From assembly GCF_030013205.1 (NCBI RefSeq), contig NZ_CP122648.1: a stretch of DNA of 64,000 bases; one strand, given 5' to 3'. Both the position numbers and the translations under genes were made by a program. This document shows, one piece after another, positions 46,357-57,018 of the stretch (position 1 is its first letter; every line of letters starts with the position of its first letter). The DNA is from Escherichia coli. Its GTDB lineage: Bacteria; Pseudomonadota; Gammaproteobacteria; Enterobacterales; Enterobacteriaceae. Below the pieces are notes generated by a model that made no database searches, was not told where the DNA came from, and saw only the letters and a program-made list of their open reading frames with translations.

Positions 46357-48621
46357 CTACCCGTTATCCACTGGCACGCCAAACCACTGATGATACCAAC
46401 GAGGTAAAATTTGCTCCCTGAGGCTGCTAATCCGCCAGCCTTGCGCTGAAAAATTGACCGTTATTTGCCCCTGATGAGGAGTATCAAGCCACGTATAACC
46501 CTGTTGTTGATAGCGATGTTTAACTTTGCTTGAGGGCAATCGCCATGCGTTATAGCGCGATGCCGATGCGAGTGCCACTTTTCCATTCACTCGCTGAATT
46601 AATGGTAACGATGATGAGGTATTACTGCCATGATGAGGTACCTGAAGTAATGTTGCCTGCATTTGCTGCCAGTAACGGCTTAGCATCTTTTGTTCAGCAG
46701 GGGCTTCAATATCACCGGTTAGAAGAATGCTATTCGTCCCGTCATCAACCTTAACCACACAGGAATGGTTATTTCCTTTATCGTTGCTACCTTGTAAAGG
46801 CCAGTGCGCGCTGAAACGCAATCCTTGCCATTGCCACGCTTCGCCACGCACACAGGGCTGATGATGTTCCCAGTTTAACGGACTTCTGATCCATAACATC
46901 GGCCATATATGCAATATTGAATCCAGCCCTCCCCGGTGATCCAGATGTTCATGGCTCAGAATAACGCCTTCCGGTTCAAGATTATGCCAGTGGAGCCAAG
47001 GGATAATCAGTTGTTGCCCACTATCTCCTTCAGGCCAGGCCATTCCCGTGTCATAGAGAATCGCTTTGCCGTTTCTGGCTATCACCATTGCCAGCCCTTG
47101 CCCGACATCAAGCATGTACACTTGCCACTCGTCAGGTCGAGGTTTTTGCCACAGCGGCCAGCACATCAGCAAGCCTACAGCCACACACATTGCTGGCAAC
47201 GTTCGCCAGGCGTTTAATCGCCATACCACCAGTAAGAACCATGGGGAAAATGTTAGCCATTGCCAACGTTCAGCAATGTTGATCCACCCTTCCGGCAAAC
47301 TCTTTAACCCCCAGAAAAGTAAAGCTAAAGACCGGTCGGCAAGAAACCATAATCCCTCTTCCAGGATTAACGGCCCGCTTAAATGCACAACCATAGCGGC
47401 GAGGATCAACGGAACCGTGATAAATGTCACCAAGGGAATTGCAAATAGATTTGCAATAAACGAGGTCAGACTAATGCCATGAAATATGACGATTTGCACG
47501 GGCATAAGCAGGAGGGTGATTCCCAGCTGCAGATGGATGAGGGAAACAACCGCGCGCAATACCGGCGGCAGTTGCCACTCCGGACAGGGAAACCACTGAT
47601 ACCAAAAAATCAGTGCCGCGACCGCAGCGGCAGAGAGCCATAAACTTTGCGAGAGAATGGCAACAGGATCCATCAGCAAAATTGCCGCCAGACAACATAT
47701 CCATACATCCCAGCCACTCCACTGTCGCCCACTTAACTTAAGCATTCCCCACGTAGCAAGCGCCACCACGGTACGAAATGCAGGAGGTTGCATTCCCGTC
47801 AGCCAGGCATAAAAAGCAGCACAGCAGATTCCGCCAATTAATGGCATTTGCCAGTGGATCCAGCGCCCAGGCAGAAAAATTTGTCCACTGCGAATGAGTC
47901 CGGCAGCCAGCAACGCCGCAAAAGCGATATGCAATCCCGATATCGCCATTAAATGCGCCGTTCCAGTATCGCGCATGATATTTTTGATTTCTTTGGGAAC
48001 GGATAACCGTTCCCCCATACCTAAACCAAGAATAACCGCATTCCACGGATAGGGTTGCAGCGTTGTTTGTAATGACGCCAGATACTGTGCACGCAGGCTA
48101 CAATTCGGTTCAATGACACTTGCCTGCAGAAAGCGGCCGGTCAGCGGCTGATGCTGGGCAATGGCATAACGCTGGCTATCAAAGCCGCCATCATTAAGTT
48201 GGCCATGAACTGCACGAACTTTGAGTTTCATTGACCACAGTTGTCCAGCACAAACCGCTTGCGGAAGATATTCGCCATACAGCACGAGGCCTGGCGCAGG
48301 GAATATACGTCGACCTTGTAGATGAGTAATTTGACCGTAATGAGTGGTCATACCGTCAGTAGCAGTGATCTCAACAATTGCATCCTGCGTCGCGCCAGTT
48401 AAGGTTTCTCCTGCCCACAAAATTTGCTTTGCTGCTAATATGCCCCAAACGAAAAACAGCAACGTCAGCGCGATATAACGGACAGTTTTAAAAGGGATAA
48501 ATACCAGTACGCAGGCGAAGACGGTCAGAGACGCAAGGGTTAATGTCCCAGGCAATTGGGGCAAAATCAGCAACGGAAAAATTCCGCAAATTATGCATAC
48601 GCCGACTGTCGTTATTTTCAT
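46357..48621 (-). CDS. ycaI: ComEC/Rec2-family inner membrane protein YcaI
   Basis: ORF track 46357..48699 trimmed to ATG at 48621 (MKITTVGVCIICGIFPLLILPQLPG...); 754 aa; polytopic N-terminal domain plus C-terminal metallo-beta-lactamase-like domain (HxHxDH: SHEHLDHRGG); matches E. coli YcaI. Confidence 0.9.
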   Translation of the reverse strand: MKITTVGVCIICGIFPLLILPQLPGTLTLASLTVFACVLVFIPFKTVRYIALTLLFFVWGILAAKQILWAGETLTGATQDAIVEITATDGMTTHYGQITHLQGRRIFPAPGLVLYGEYLPQAVCAGQLWSMKLKVRAVHGQLNDGGFDSQRYAIAQHQPLTGRFLQASVIEPNCSLRAQYLASLQTTLQPYPWNAVILGLGMGERLSVPKEIKNIMRDTGTAHLMAISGLHIAFAALLAAGLIRSGQIFLPGRWIHWQMPLIGGICCAAFYAWLTGMQPPAFRTVVALATWGMLKLSGRQWSGWDVWICCLAAILLMDPVAILSQSLWLSAAAVAALIFWYQWFPCPEWQLPPVLRAVVSLIHLQLGITLLLMPVQIVIFHGISLTSFIANLFAIPLVTFITVPLILAAMVVHLSGPLILEEGLWFLADRSLALLFWGLKSLPEGWINIAERWQWLTFSPWFLLVVWRLNAWRTLPAMCVAVGLLMCWPLWQKPRPDEWQVYMLDVGQGLAMVIARNGKAILYDTGMAWPEGDSGQQLIIPWLHWHNLEPEGVILSHEHLDHRGGLDSILHIWPMLWIRSPLNWEHHQPCVRGEAWQWQGLRFSAHWPLQGSNDKGNNHSCVVKVDDGTNSILLTGDIEAPAEQKMLSRYWQQMQATLLQVPHHGSNTSSSLPLIQRVNGKVALASASRYNAWRLPSSKVKHRYQQQGYTWLDTPHQGQITVNFSAQGWRISSLREQILPRWYHQWFGVPVDNG

Positions 48622-48771
48622 GCACCCCTCCCTGTTTATGGAAAGTGTGCAACTTTGTTGAGCGGTTGTCTGGTGGGAATTTTGCGTTCCCCGAGGCACG
48701 TTCAGAAGAATTTAACGAGAGGGTGAAAACTGCTCAAAACTCTGCGAGGCAGCTTCCAGTTCCAGATTAGA

Positions 48772-48801
48772 GAAATGAAAAAAGCACCCGACAGGTGCTT
48801 T
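48772..48801 (-). terminator. Rho-independent terminator downstream of ihfB
   Basis: 8-bp stem AAAGCACC / GGTGCTTT with 5-nt loop, followed on minus strand by UUUUUCAUUUC; about 27 bp after ihfB stop. Confidence 0.7.
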
Positions 48802-48827
48802 TCTCGCGTTCAAGTTTGAGTAAAAAC

Positions 48828-49112
48828 TTAACCGTAAATATTGGCGCGATCGCGCAGTTCTTTACCTGGTTTAAAGTGAGGAACGTATTTTCCTTCCAGT
48901 TCTACTTTATCGCCAGTCTTCGGATTACGTCCGGTACGTGGTGCGCGGTAGTGCAAAGAGAAACTGCCGAAACCGCGGATTTCAATACGCTCGCCCTGCG
49001 CAAGAGTCGAGGCCATATGCTCCAGCATCTCTTTTACTGCATCTTCAACCGTCTTGGCGGGAATGTGCGATTGCTGGGTGGCAAGTCTTTCTATCAATTC
49101 TGACTTGGTCAT
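48828..49112 (-). CDS. ihfB: Integration host factor beta subunit
   Basis: 94-aa [97 protein letters not shown]; matches E. coli IhfB. Confidence 0.97.
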
Positions 49113-49271
49113 GATTCCTCCGGTTCCTTAAAGGCAAATTTAGCGGCTGCTGTTGCTGCATTGATTAAGGGCGGCCGTAGCCGCCCTTAGTGCTTGATTA
49201 CAGGACGAAACCTGCAATCTGTCAAGTAAACTCAACAAACTTCGGAATAAAAATCCCGAAGAGTCAGAGAA

Positions 49272-50945
49272 TTACTCGCCTTTAGCTGCTTTGAAAGCTT
49301 CAGCCATTGCGTTGTTGGAGAAGTTTGCATCTTCCTGTTTGTTAACAGTTGCGATTGCATCTTTCTCGTCAGCTTCGTCTTTCGCACGAACAGACAGGCT
49401 GATTGCGCGGTTTTTACGATCAACGCCGGTGAATTTAGCTTCAACTTCGTCGCCAACGCTCAGAACCAGGGTAGCGTCTTCAACGCGGTCACGGGATGCT
49501 TCAGAAGCACGCAGGTAACCTTCAACGCCGTCAGCCAGTTCTACGGTTGCGCCTTTAGCGTCAACTGCAGTTACTTTACCGGTTACGATAGCGCCTTTCT
49601 TGTTCAGAGCAACCCAGTTGTTGAACGGATCTTCTGCGAGCTGTTTAACGCCCAGGGAGATACGTTCACGTTCTGCGTCAACCTGCAGAACAACTGCAGC
49701 GATTTCGTCGCCTTTTTTGTATTCACGAACTGCTTCTTCGCCTGCAACGTTCCAGGAGATGTCAGACAGGTGAACCAGGCCGTCGATGCCGCCGTCCAGG
49801 CCGATGAAGATACCGAAGTCAGTGATAGACTTGATTTTACCTTCAACACGGTCACCCTTGTTGTGGGTTTCCGCGAACTGCTGCCACGGGTTAGCTTTGC
49901 ACTGTTTCAGACCCAGGGAGATACGACGACGTTCTTCGTCGATATCCAGAACCATAACTTCCACTACATCGCCAACGTTAACAACTTTGGACGGGTGGAT
50001 GTTTTTGTTGGTCCAATCCATTTCGGAAACGTGTACCAGGCCTTCAACGCCTTCTTCGATTTCAACGAAGCAGCCGTAGTCGGTCAGGTTGGTCACGCGA
50101 CCAGTCAGTTTGGTACCTTCCGGATAACGTTTAGCGATAGCTACCCACGGATCTTCACCCAGCTGTTTCAGGCCCAGGGATACACGGGTACGTTCGCGGT
50201 CGAACTTCAGCACTTTAACAGTGATTTCATCGCCAACGTTGACGATTTCGCTCGGATGCTTAACGCGTTTCCAGGCCATGTCAGTGATGTGCAGCAGGCC
50301 GTCAACGCCGCCCAGATCAACGAATGCACCGTAGTCAGTGAGGTTCTTAACGATACCTTTAACTTCCATGCCTTCCTGCAGGTTTTCCAGCAGCTGATCG
50401 CGCTCTGCGCTGTTTTCGGATTCGATAACGGCACGACGAGAAACAACAACGTTGTTGCGCTTCTGATCCAGCTTGATTACTTTGAATTCAAGCTCTTTGC
50501 CTTCCAGGTGCAGAGTGTCACGCACCGGACGAACGTCTACCAGAGAACCTGGCAGGAACGCACGAATACCGTTCAGCTCAACAGTGAAGCCGCCCTTAAC
50601 TTTGCCGTTGATAACACCGGTAACAGTTTCAGCATCTTCGTAAGCTTTTTCCAGCGTGATCCAGGCTTCGTGACGTTTAGCTTTCTCACGGGACAGCAGA
50701 GTTTCACCGAAGCCGTCTTCTACTGCGTCCAGAGCAACGTCAACTTCGTCACCTACCTGGATTTCCAGCTCGCCCTGGGCGTTTTTGAACTGCTCAGCCG
50801 GGATGGCGGACTCAGATTTCAGACCAGCGTCAACCAGTACTACGTCTTTGTCGATAGCAACAACAACGCCACGAACGATAGAACCCGGGCGGGTTTCGAT
50901 TTCTTTTAAGGACTCTTCAAAGAGTTGAGCAAAAGATTCAGTCAT
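49272..50945 (-). CDS. rpsA: 30S ribosomal protein S1
   Basis: 557-aa [52 protein letters not shown]... with six S1 repeats; matches E. coli RpsA. Confidence 0.97.
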
Positions 50946-51055
50946 GTTTAATCTTCAGGTTTATATTTAACGTCCACCTGGCTCCATGCCGGATGGGGTT
51001 GTTTAACATACCCGCTGTCATTCCATTGCAACGGGGGTACTGCAAATTCGGTCGC

Positions 51056-51739
51056 TTATGCGAGAGCCAATTTCTGGCGCGCGTATTGTAGCGCTTTTTC
51101 AATCACTTGCTCAATGCTTAAGGTGGTGGAATCCAACACTAAAGCATCGGCTGCCGGAACCAGTGGCGCTACCGCTCGGTTACGATCGCGGTCGTCGCGT
51201 TCTTTGATCTCGGCCAAAAGGCGCTCAAAGTTAACACTAAAGCCCTTCTCCTGCAACTGTAGCATGCGGCGATGCGCACGTTCTTCCGAGGAGGCGTCAA
51301 GGAAAATTTTCACTGGCGCATCAGGGAATACCACCGTTCCCATATCGCGGCCATCGGCAATCAAGCCTGGTAATTCGCGAAACGCGCGTTGGCGACGCAA
51401 TAATGCTTCACGAACGCGTGGGAATGCCGCGACTTGTGAAGCAGCATTCGCCACTTCCTGAGTACGAATTTCGCCGCTGACATCTTCCCCTTCGAGGATC
51501 ACTTCCAGATTGCCATTGGTCGACACAAAACGTACATCCAGATGGGATGCCAGCGGCACGAGCGCATCTTCCGATGCAACATCAACATGGTGATGTAATG
51601 CCGCCAGTGCCAGTACGCGATAAATTGCACCCGAGTCCAGCAGATGCCATTGCAACGCTTCCGCCATAGCCTTACACAAGGTGCCTTTCCCTGCACCGCT
51701 TGGGCCATCAATGGTAATAACCGGGGCAATTGCCGTCAT
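51056..51739 (-). CDS. cmk: Cytidylate kinase
   Basis: 227-aa [44 protein letters not shown]...; matches E. coli Cmk. Confidence 0.96.
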
Positions 51740-51911
51740 CTTTATCTCCTTAAAACAGGCGTACCGTTAACATAACCGCGCGCATTATACGCGCCGACGC
51801 CACAAATCGTTAACGTTGTGTGCAAAAACCAGTTTTGTCTGTATTCAGATGGGGATTTATTGCGCAATTATAGCGGGCTGGCAGAAGACCAGCCCGAAAG
51901 ATGACAATGAT

Positions 51912-52676
51912 TTACTTACCAGAGGCGATACGATCACGGATGTGTTGCGCACGCTCTGTTGATGGTGGGTGAGAGTCAAACATGGACTGGGTACGACCGC
52001 CATCCAGGCTGGCCAATTTTTCAAAGCTGCCAACCAGCCCCTGGGTGCTGATGCCACGTTTCTTCAACAGTTCAAAGGAGAAATCATCTGCTTCGGACTC
52101 TTTATCGCGGGAGTATTTAGCATTGATCGCGCCTTCTGCGATATCACCTAATTGTGAGCGAGAAAGCTGGGAAGCCACACCGCTGGTAGCGGAAATCGCA
52201 TCACGTGCGGCAACGATCGCATAAGAAGCTTTCATTTCAGCCAGCGAGTGACCCAACGCGACGTGGCCCAGTTCATGACCCAGAACGCCTTCAATTTCGT
52301 TGTCGTTCATCATGTCCATCAGGCCACTGTAGACACGAACACAGCCGTTCGCCATCGCCCATGCGTTGACGTCGCTGGTCATATAAACCTTATAGTTGAC
52401 CGGCGTGCCATTAATATTGTTACCCAATGCTTTGGCGATTTTTGCCAGACGTTTACCGTACTTGCTGGATTTACTTGCGACTTGATTGCCGCTGTCCATT
52501 TCGGCACAGCCCTGATTGGCAATCGCTTTTGCATCAGCATCGCTTAACGTTGCTGCTTTATAGGCATTTAAACCTGAGCTGATAGCCATATTGGTATCAA
52601 TACCGTGGGTATTTTGACACCCTGTCAGTAATGCTGCAGAAGCCGCAATCGCCAGCAGTAATTTAGTATTCTTCAT
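51912..52676 (-). CDS. ycaL: M48-family zinc metalloprotease lipoprotein YcaL
   Basis: ORF track 51912..52700 trimmed to ATG at 52676 (MKNTKLLLAIAASAALLTGC lipobox); 254 aa; HELGH zinc motif (HELGHVALGH); matches E. coli YcaL. Confidence 0.92.
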   Translation of the reverse strand: MKNTKLLLAIAASAALLTGCQNTHGIDTNMAISSGLNAYKAATLSDADAKAIANQGCAEMDSGNQVASKSSKYGKRLAKIAKALGNNINGTPVNYKVYMTSDVNAWAMANGCVRVYSGLMDMMNDNEIEGVLGHELGHVALGHSLAEMKASYAIVAARDAISATSGVASQLSRSQLGDIAEGAINAKYSRDKESEADDFSFELLKKRGISTQGLVGSFEKLASLDGGRTQSMFDSHPPSTERAQHIRDRIASGK

Positions 52677-52774
52677 GTGAATCATCCGTTGATTAATCAT
52701 ATATAAATATTATGTATCAACAACTTACATTGACAAGCGACGCTACCATTAATCAAAATGACTCACAAGGTCCG

Positions 52775-53485
52775 AATAAATATCCTCCGGCATAGCCGGA
52801 GGTTTTTCAAATGCGCCTATAAGGCTCTCTTACCAGCCGCGCCCTAACAGGCGCACACGATCTGACATTTGCATCCAACTTCGTTACTTACGGCCCGTAA
52901 ACGGGCTGCCCGGATAGGGAATCGATAACTGCTCTCCCATTTTATCCTCTTCAAGCTGGTGCTTTATGTAATCCTGTATCTTCGCCGTGTTCTTACCCAC
53001 CGTATCGACGTAGTACCCTCTGCACCAGAACTCTCTGTTCCTGTATTTGAATTTCAAATCACCAAACTGCTCGTAAAGCATCAGACTGCTTTTCCCTTTC
53101 AGATATCCCATAAAGCCGGATACGCTCATTTTGGGCGGGATCTCCACAAGCATATGGATATGATCTGCACAGCATTCAGCTTCAAGAATCCGTACGCTTT
53201 TCCACTCACACAGCTTTCTCAAAATACTGCCTATTGCTCTACGCTTCTCTCTGTAGAACACTTGTCTTCGGTATTTTGGCGCAAAAACTATGTGATATTT
53301 ACAGTTCCATCGGGTGTGCGCTAAGCTCTTTTCGTTCCCCATTGGGACCCCCTTTTGATTTCTTGTTTGACACTTGCAGTTGCCAGACCGCAAGGTGTTT
53401 TAACAAATCAAAAGGGGTTTTAATAACTGGCTCAAAGCTGAAAGCTTTCCGGAACCCCCAGCCTAGCTGGGGGTTTTCTGTGCAC
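52775..53485 (-). mobile_element. IS200 insertion sequence (IS200/IS605 family), about 0.71 kb, tnpA only
   Basis: Contains a 152-aa Y1/HuH transposase ORF with the recalled hallmark features of IS200 (twin subterminal GC hairpins at 52784..52802 and 53455..53473, and an RBS-occluding inverted repeat in the tnpA leader). Boundaries estimated (+/- about 20 bp) from hairpin positions and the canonical ~707-bp length; not confirmed by alignment. Confidence 0.7.
52884..53342 (-). CDS. tnpA: IS200 transposase TnpA (Y1 HuH single-strand transposase)
   Basis: ORF track 52884..53393 trimmed to ATG at 53342 preceded by AAGGGGG RBS; protein MGNEKSLAHTRWNCKYHIVFAPKYRRQVFY...ADHIHMLVEIPP...YPGSPFTGRK matches the recalled IS200 TnpA (HuH motif HIH, catalytic Tyr region); 152 aa. 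Confidence 0.9.
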   Translation of the reverse strand: MGNEKSLAHTRWNCKYHIVFAPKYRRQVFYREKRRAIGSILRKLCEWKSVRILEAECCADHIHMLVEIPPKMSVSGFMGYLKGKSSLMLYEQFGDLKFKYRNREFWCRGYYVDTVGKNTAKIQDYIKHQLEEDKMGEQLSIPYPGSPFTGRK

Positions 53486-53555
53486 AAAAAAAACGCCGAC
53501 AATGTGCCGACGTTTTGATAAAGAAAGATTTGGCTATTTATTGCCCGTTGTTCAT

Positions 53556-54839
53556 TCAGGCTGCCTGGCTAATCCGCGCCAGCTGCTCGAAATAATCCGG
53601 AAATGTTTTGGCCGTACATTTGGGATCAAGAATCGTCACTGGTGTATCTGACAACGCCACCAGCGAGAAACACATCGCCATCCGGTGATCATTGTATGTC
53701 GCGATCTCGGCAAAGTTCAGTTTTTCCGGTGGAGTGATACGAATGTAATCGTGCCCCTCTTCTACTTCCGCACCAACTTTACGCAGTTCTGTTGCCATCG
53801 CAAACAGGCGATCGGTCTCTTTAACACGCCAGTTATAGATATTGCGCAGCGTGGTGGTGCCTTTTGCAAATAACGCCGCCGTGGCAATGGTCATCGCCGC
53901 ATCGGGAATATGGTTCATATCCATATCAATAGCGTTCAGTTCACCACGCGTGCAGGAAATATAATCGTCGCCCCAGCAAATAGTCGCGCCCATTTTTTCC
54001 AGCACATCAGCAAAGCGAATATCACCCTGCATACTGTTGCGTCCAATGCCGGTCACTTTTACAGTGCCGCCTCTGATTGCTGCTGCTGCCAGGAAGTAAG
54101 AAGCCGAAGATGCATCGCCTTCGACCAAATAAGTACCCGGAGACTGATAAGACTGCCCGCCTTTTACGACAAATTGTTGATAGTGCTGATTTTCAATTTC
54201 AACACCAAACGTCTTCATCAGATTGAGTGTGATGTCGATATAAGGTTTAGAAACCAGATCGCCTTTAATACGAATAACCGTATCTTCCGGCGCAAGAGGC
54301 GCAGTCATTAATAGTGCGGTGAGGAACTGGCTGGAAACGGAGCCATCAACGTCAACGTTGCCGCCAGTAAAGCTGCCCTGTAAACGCAATGGCGGATAAT
54401 TTTCTTGTTCCAGGTAAGTGATCTTCGCCCCGCCCAGGCGCAGCGCATCCACCAGATGACCAATCGGGCGCTCTTTCATACGCGGCTCACCAGTCAGCAC
54501 AATATCATTGCTACCCAGACAAAGAGCTGCCGCCAGCGGGCGCATTGCCGTTCCGGCGTTTCCGAGGAACAACTCCAGGGCACCTTCTGCGTGTAATGGA
54601 CCGCCGTTACCGATAATTTCGCAACGCGTACGATCAGCTGAAAGCGTATAGCTTACCCCTAACGCTGCTAATGCATTCAGCATATGGCGCACGTCATCGC
54701 TATCCAGCAGATTGGTTAATACTGTTTTGCCGTGTGCTAATGCCGCCAGCAATAAAGCGCGGTTAGAAACGCTCTTGGAACCGGGCAGATTAATAGTGCC
54801 ATCGACACGAGCGATGGGTTGTAACGTCAGGGATTCCAT
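53556..54839 (-). CDS. aroA: 3-phosphoshikimate 1-carboxyvinyltransferase (EPSP synthase)
   Basis: 427-aa [60 protein letters not shown]...; matches E. coli AroA. Confidence 0.97.
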   Translation of the reverse strand: MESLTLQPIARVDGTINLPGSKSVSNRALLLAALAHGKTVLTNLLDSDDVRHMLNALAALGVSYTLSADRTRCEIIGNGGPLHAEGALELFLGNAGTAMRPLAAALCLGSNDIVLTGEPRMKERPIGHLVDALRLGGAKITYLEQENYPPLRLQGSFTGGNVDVDGSVSSQFLTALLMTAPLAPEDTVIRIKGDLVSKPYIDITLNLMKTFGVEIENQHYQQFVVKGGQSYQSPGTYLVEGDASSASYFLAAAAIRGGTVKVTGIGRNSMQGDIRFADVLEKMGATICWGDDYISCTRGELNAIDMDMNHIPDAAMTIATAALFAKGTTTLRNIYNWRVKETDRLFAMATELRKVGAEVEEGHDYIRITPPEKLNFAEIATYNDHRMAMCFSLVALSDTPVTILDPKCTAKTFPDYFEQLARISQAA

Positions 54840-54860
54840 GAACTCAACTCTCTACAACAG

Positions 54861-54890
54861 AAATAAAAACCCCACAGGCTGGCTGTGGGG
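54861..54890 (-). terminator. Intercistronic terminator/attenuator-like hairpin between serC and aroA
   Basis: 8-bp stem CCCCACAG / CUGUGGGG with 5-nt loop followed on minus strand by UUUUUAUUUCUG; lies in the 70-bp serC-aroA spacer, so probably partial termination within the serC-aroA operon. Confidence 0.55.
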
Positions 54891-54909
54891 ATTAAGCAAA
54901 ATTTCGGCA

Positions 54910-55998
54910 TTAGCCGTGACGGCGTTCGAACTCAATCATGAAGTCTGTCAGCGCTTTAACGCCTTCCAGTGGCATGGCGTTATAAATGGACGCACGCATT
55001 CCGCCGACCACACGGTGACCTTTCAGTGCATGAAGGCCAGCAGCAAAAGACTCTTCAAGGAACAATTTGTCAAGCGCACTGTCCGCCAACTGGAACGGCA
55101 CGTTCATCCGCGAACGGTTAGCTTTCGCCACGTCATTGCGGTAGAAATCGCTGTTATCAATCACCCCATACAGCAGTTCTGCTTTTTGCTGATTGATTTT
55201 ATCCATTTCAGCTACACCGCCGTTCGCTTTCAGCCATTTAAAGACCAGACCAGACAGATACCAGGCAAATGTCGGCGGCGTGTTAAACATGGAGCCGTTA
55301 TCGTTGAGGATGGAATAATCCAGAATCGACGGACACGCGATATTCGCTTTGCCCAGCAAATCTTCACGAACGATGACGATTGTCAGGCCTGCCGGGCCGA
55401 TATTTTTCTGCGCGCCAGCGTAAATCACGCCATAACGGCTGACGTCAATCGGACGGGAAAGAATGGTTGAAGAGAAGTCGGCGGCGACCACCACATCTTT
55501 GCCGAAGTCTGGCGTTTCGTCGATGGCGATACCGTCGATAGTTTCATTCGGGCAATAATGCATATAAGCAGCATTATCAGAGAGTTGCCATTCACGCATT
55601 GGTTTAACCGCGCGCAGACCATCAACAGTCACTTTGGCGTCAAAGACATTAGGCGTGCAGTATTTTTTCGCTTCTTTAATGGCACTTGCCGCCCAGTAAC
55701 CGGCATCAACATAATCTGCAGTGGTTTTATCACCGAGAATATTCAGCGGAACAGCAGCAAACTGACCGCGACCGCCGCCATGGCAGAACAATACCTTGTA
55801 GTTGGAGGGGACATTAAGAAGATCGCGAAAATCCTTCTCGGCTTCCTCTGCAACCTGAATGAACTCTTTGCCACGGTGACTCACTTCCATCACCGACGTA
55901 CCAAGACCGTTCCAGTCGCGCAGTTCCTGTTGAGCCTGTTTAAGCACCTCTGCCGGTAGCATTGCCGGACCAGAACTAAAATTGAAGATTTGAGCCAT
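54910..55998 (-). CDS. serC: Phosphoserine aminotransferase
   Basis: 362-aa [59 protein letters not shown]...; matches E. coli SerC. Confidence 0.97.
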   Translation of the reverse strand: MAQIFNFSSGPAMLPAEVLKQAQQELRDWNGLGTSVMEVSHRGKEFIQVAEEAEKDFRDLLNVPSNYKVLFCHGGGRGQFAAVPLNILGDKTTADYVDAGYWAASAIKEAKKYCTPNVFDAKVTVDGLRAVKPMREWQLSDNAAYMHYCPNETIDGIAIDETPDFGKDVVVAADFSSTILSRPIDVSRYGVIYAGAQKNIGPAGLTIVIVREDLLGKANIACPSILDYSILNDNGSMFNTPPTFAWYLSGLVFKWLKANGGVAEMDKINQQKAELLYGVIDNSDFYRNDVAKANRSRMNVPFQLADSALDKLFLEESFAAGLHALKGHRVVGGMRASIYNAMPLEGVKALTDFMIEFERRHG

Positions 55999-56196
55999 TT
56001 CCCCTCACCACGTTGCGTTGCTATTAACCCGCGGTCAATCGATTGCGACCACAGGTAATACATTATTCCTGTGGCTATCGGTTTTATCATTCAGTGACAC
56101 ACATCGCAATGAGTAAAACCGTTGAGGGCAAAAATGTGGCTTGCATCACACAAAAGAATCTCTCGGATTATTAGCAAAAAGCCGATGTTTTTACTG

Positions 56197-56889
56197 TCAC
56201 GTCACCCGTTTTGCCCGACTTGCCTTCGTCCATTCTGGATTTGCACAGCGCGGACATAATTGTTTTTCCCCCGCGTTCATATGAATGATTTCACTGCAAC
56301 GAATGCAGGCATAGTCCGCCGACTCCGGCACCACTTTGTAACGCTGAGTACAATCACTGGGTAAAATAAGTAAACCCGGTTTCACCTTGTCATCTTCAAA
56401 GAAATAGACACTGATTTGCCCGTTGGTTTCGAGAATCGCCAGACGTACCTGCCCCAACTGCTCTACACCGCGCAATCGTAGCTCCATAAAGAACTCAAAT
56501 TCCGTCATGTTGGAGTTATTGAGTTTTGACCAGGCCAGCTCGCCATCTTCAATAATGACAACCGGCTTGCCTTCCAGAAGATCTTCCAGTTTTTCACTGT
56601 GCGCCATCAACCACATTACCAGGCGGTATAACAACGCCAGAGTAATAAAGACGATAAGTACCGGGACCATCGGCACATCATCATAAAACGCCACATCTCC
56701 CGCCGCTGATCCCAGCGTCAGAATGATTAACACTTCAAAAAGCGACATCTGCCGCACACCGCGTCTTCCGGTCATTTTGAGGAACAAAAAAACCAGTACA
56801 AAGGTATAAAGACTACGTAGTGCCACTTCGCCAAGGAAATCAAAAGGCACTTTATCAAATGCCATACGGTGGAGATCGAACGCCTTCAT
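56197..56889 (-). CDS. ycaP: DUF421-family inner membrane protein YcaP
   Basis: 230-aa ORF MKAFDLHRMAFDKVPFDFLGEVALRSLYTFVLVFLFLKMTGRRGVRQMSLFEV...; matches E. coli YcaP. Confidence 0.9.
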   Translation of the reverse strand: MKAFDLHRMAFDKVPFDFLGEVALRSLYTFVLVFLFLKMTGRRGVRQMSLFEVLIILTLGSAAGDVAFYDDVPMVPVLIVFITLALLYRLVMWLMAHSEKLEDLLEGKPVVIIEDGELAWSKLNNSNMTEFEFFMELRLRGVEQLGQVRLAILETNGQISVYFFEDDKVKPGLLILPSDCTQRYKVVPESADYACIRCSEIIHMNAGEKQLCPRCANPEWTKASRAKRVT

Positions 56890-57018
56890 TTTTATGCTCT
56901 TATCGTGGTTTATCCACTAAAAGCATAGTCAACAGTTCATCGGCATGGCGGCGGTGATAGCGCCTTTGAGATAAAACCCGTATTATTGCGCGCTTTCCGT
57001 ACGACTAAAGTGATTTTC

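Noticed and set aside
51740-51911. Hairpin GGGCTGG-cagaaga-CCAGCCC in the cmk-ycaL spacer, considered as a terminator or small RNA
   Set aside because: No U-tract on either strand and no promoter-like context; insufficient evidence for an RNA gene.
53481-53510. Direct repeat GCCGAC..GCCGAC next to the IS200 left end, considered as a possible target-site duplication
   Set aside because: IS200/IS605-family elements do not generate target-site duplications, and there is no matching copy at the other end; probably native aroA downstream sequence.
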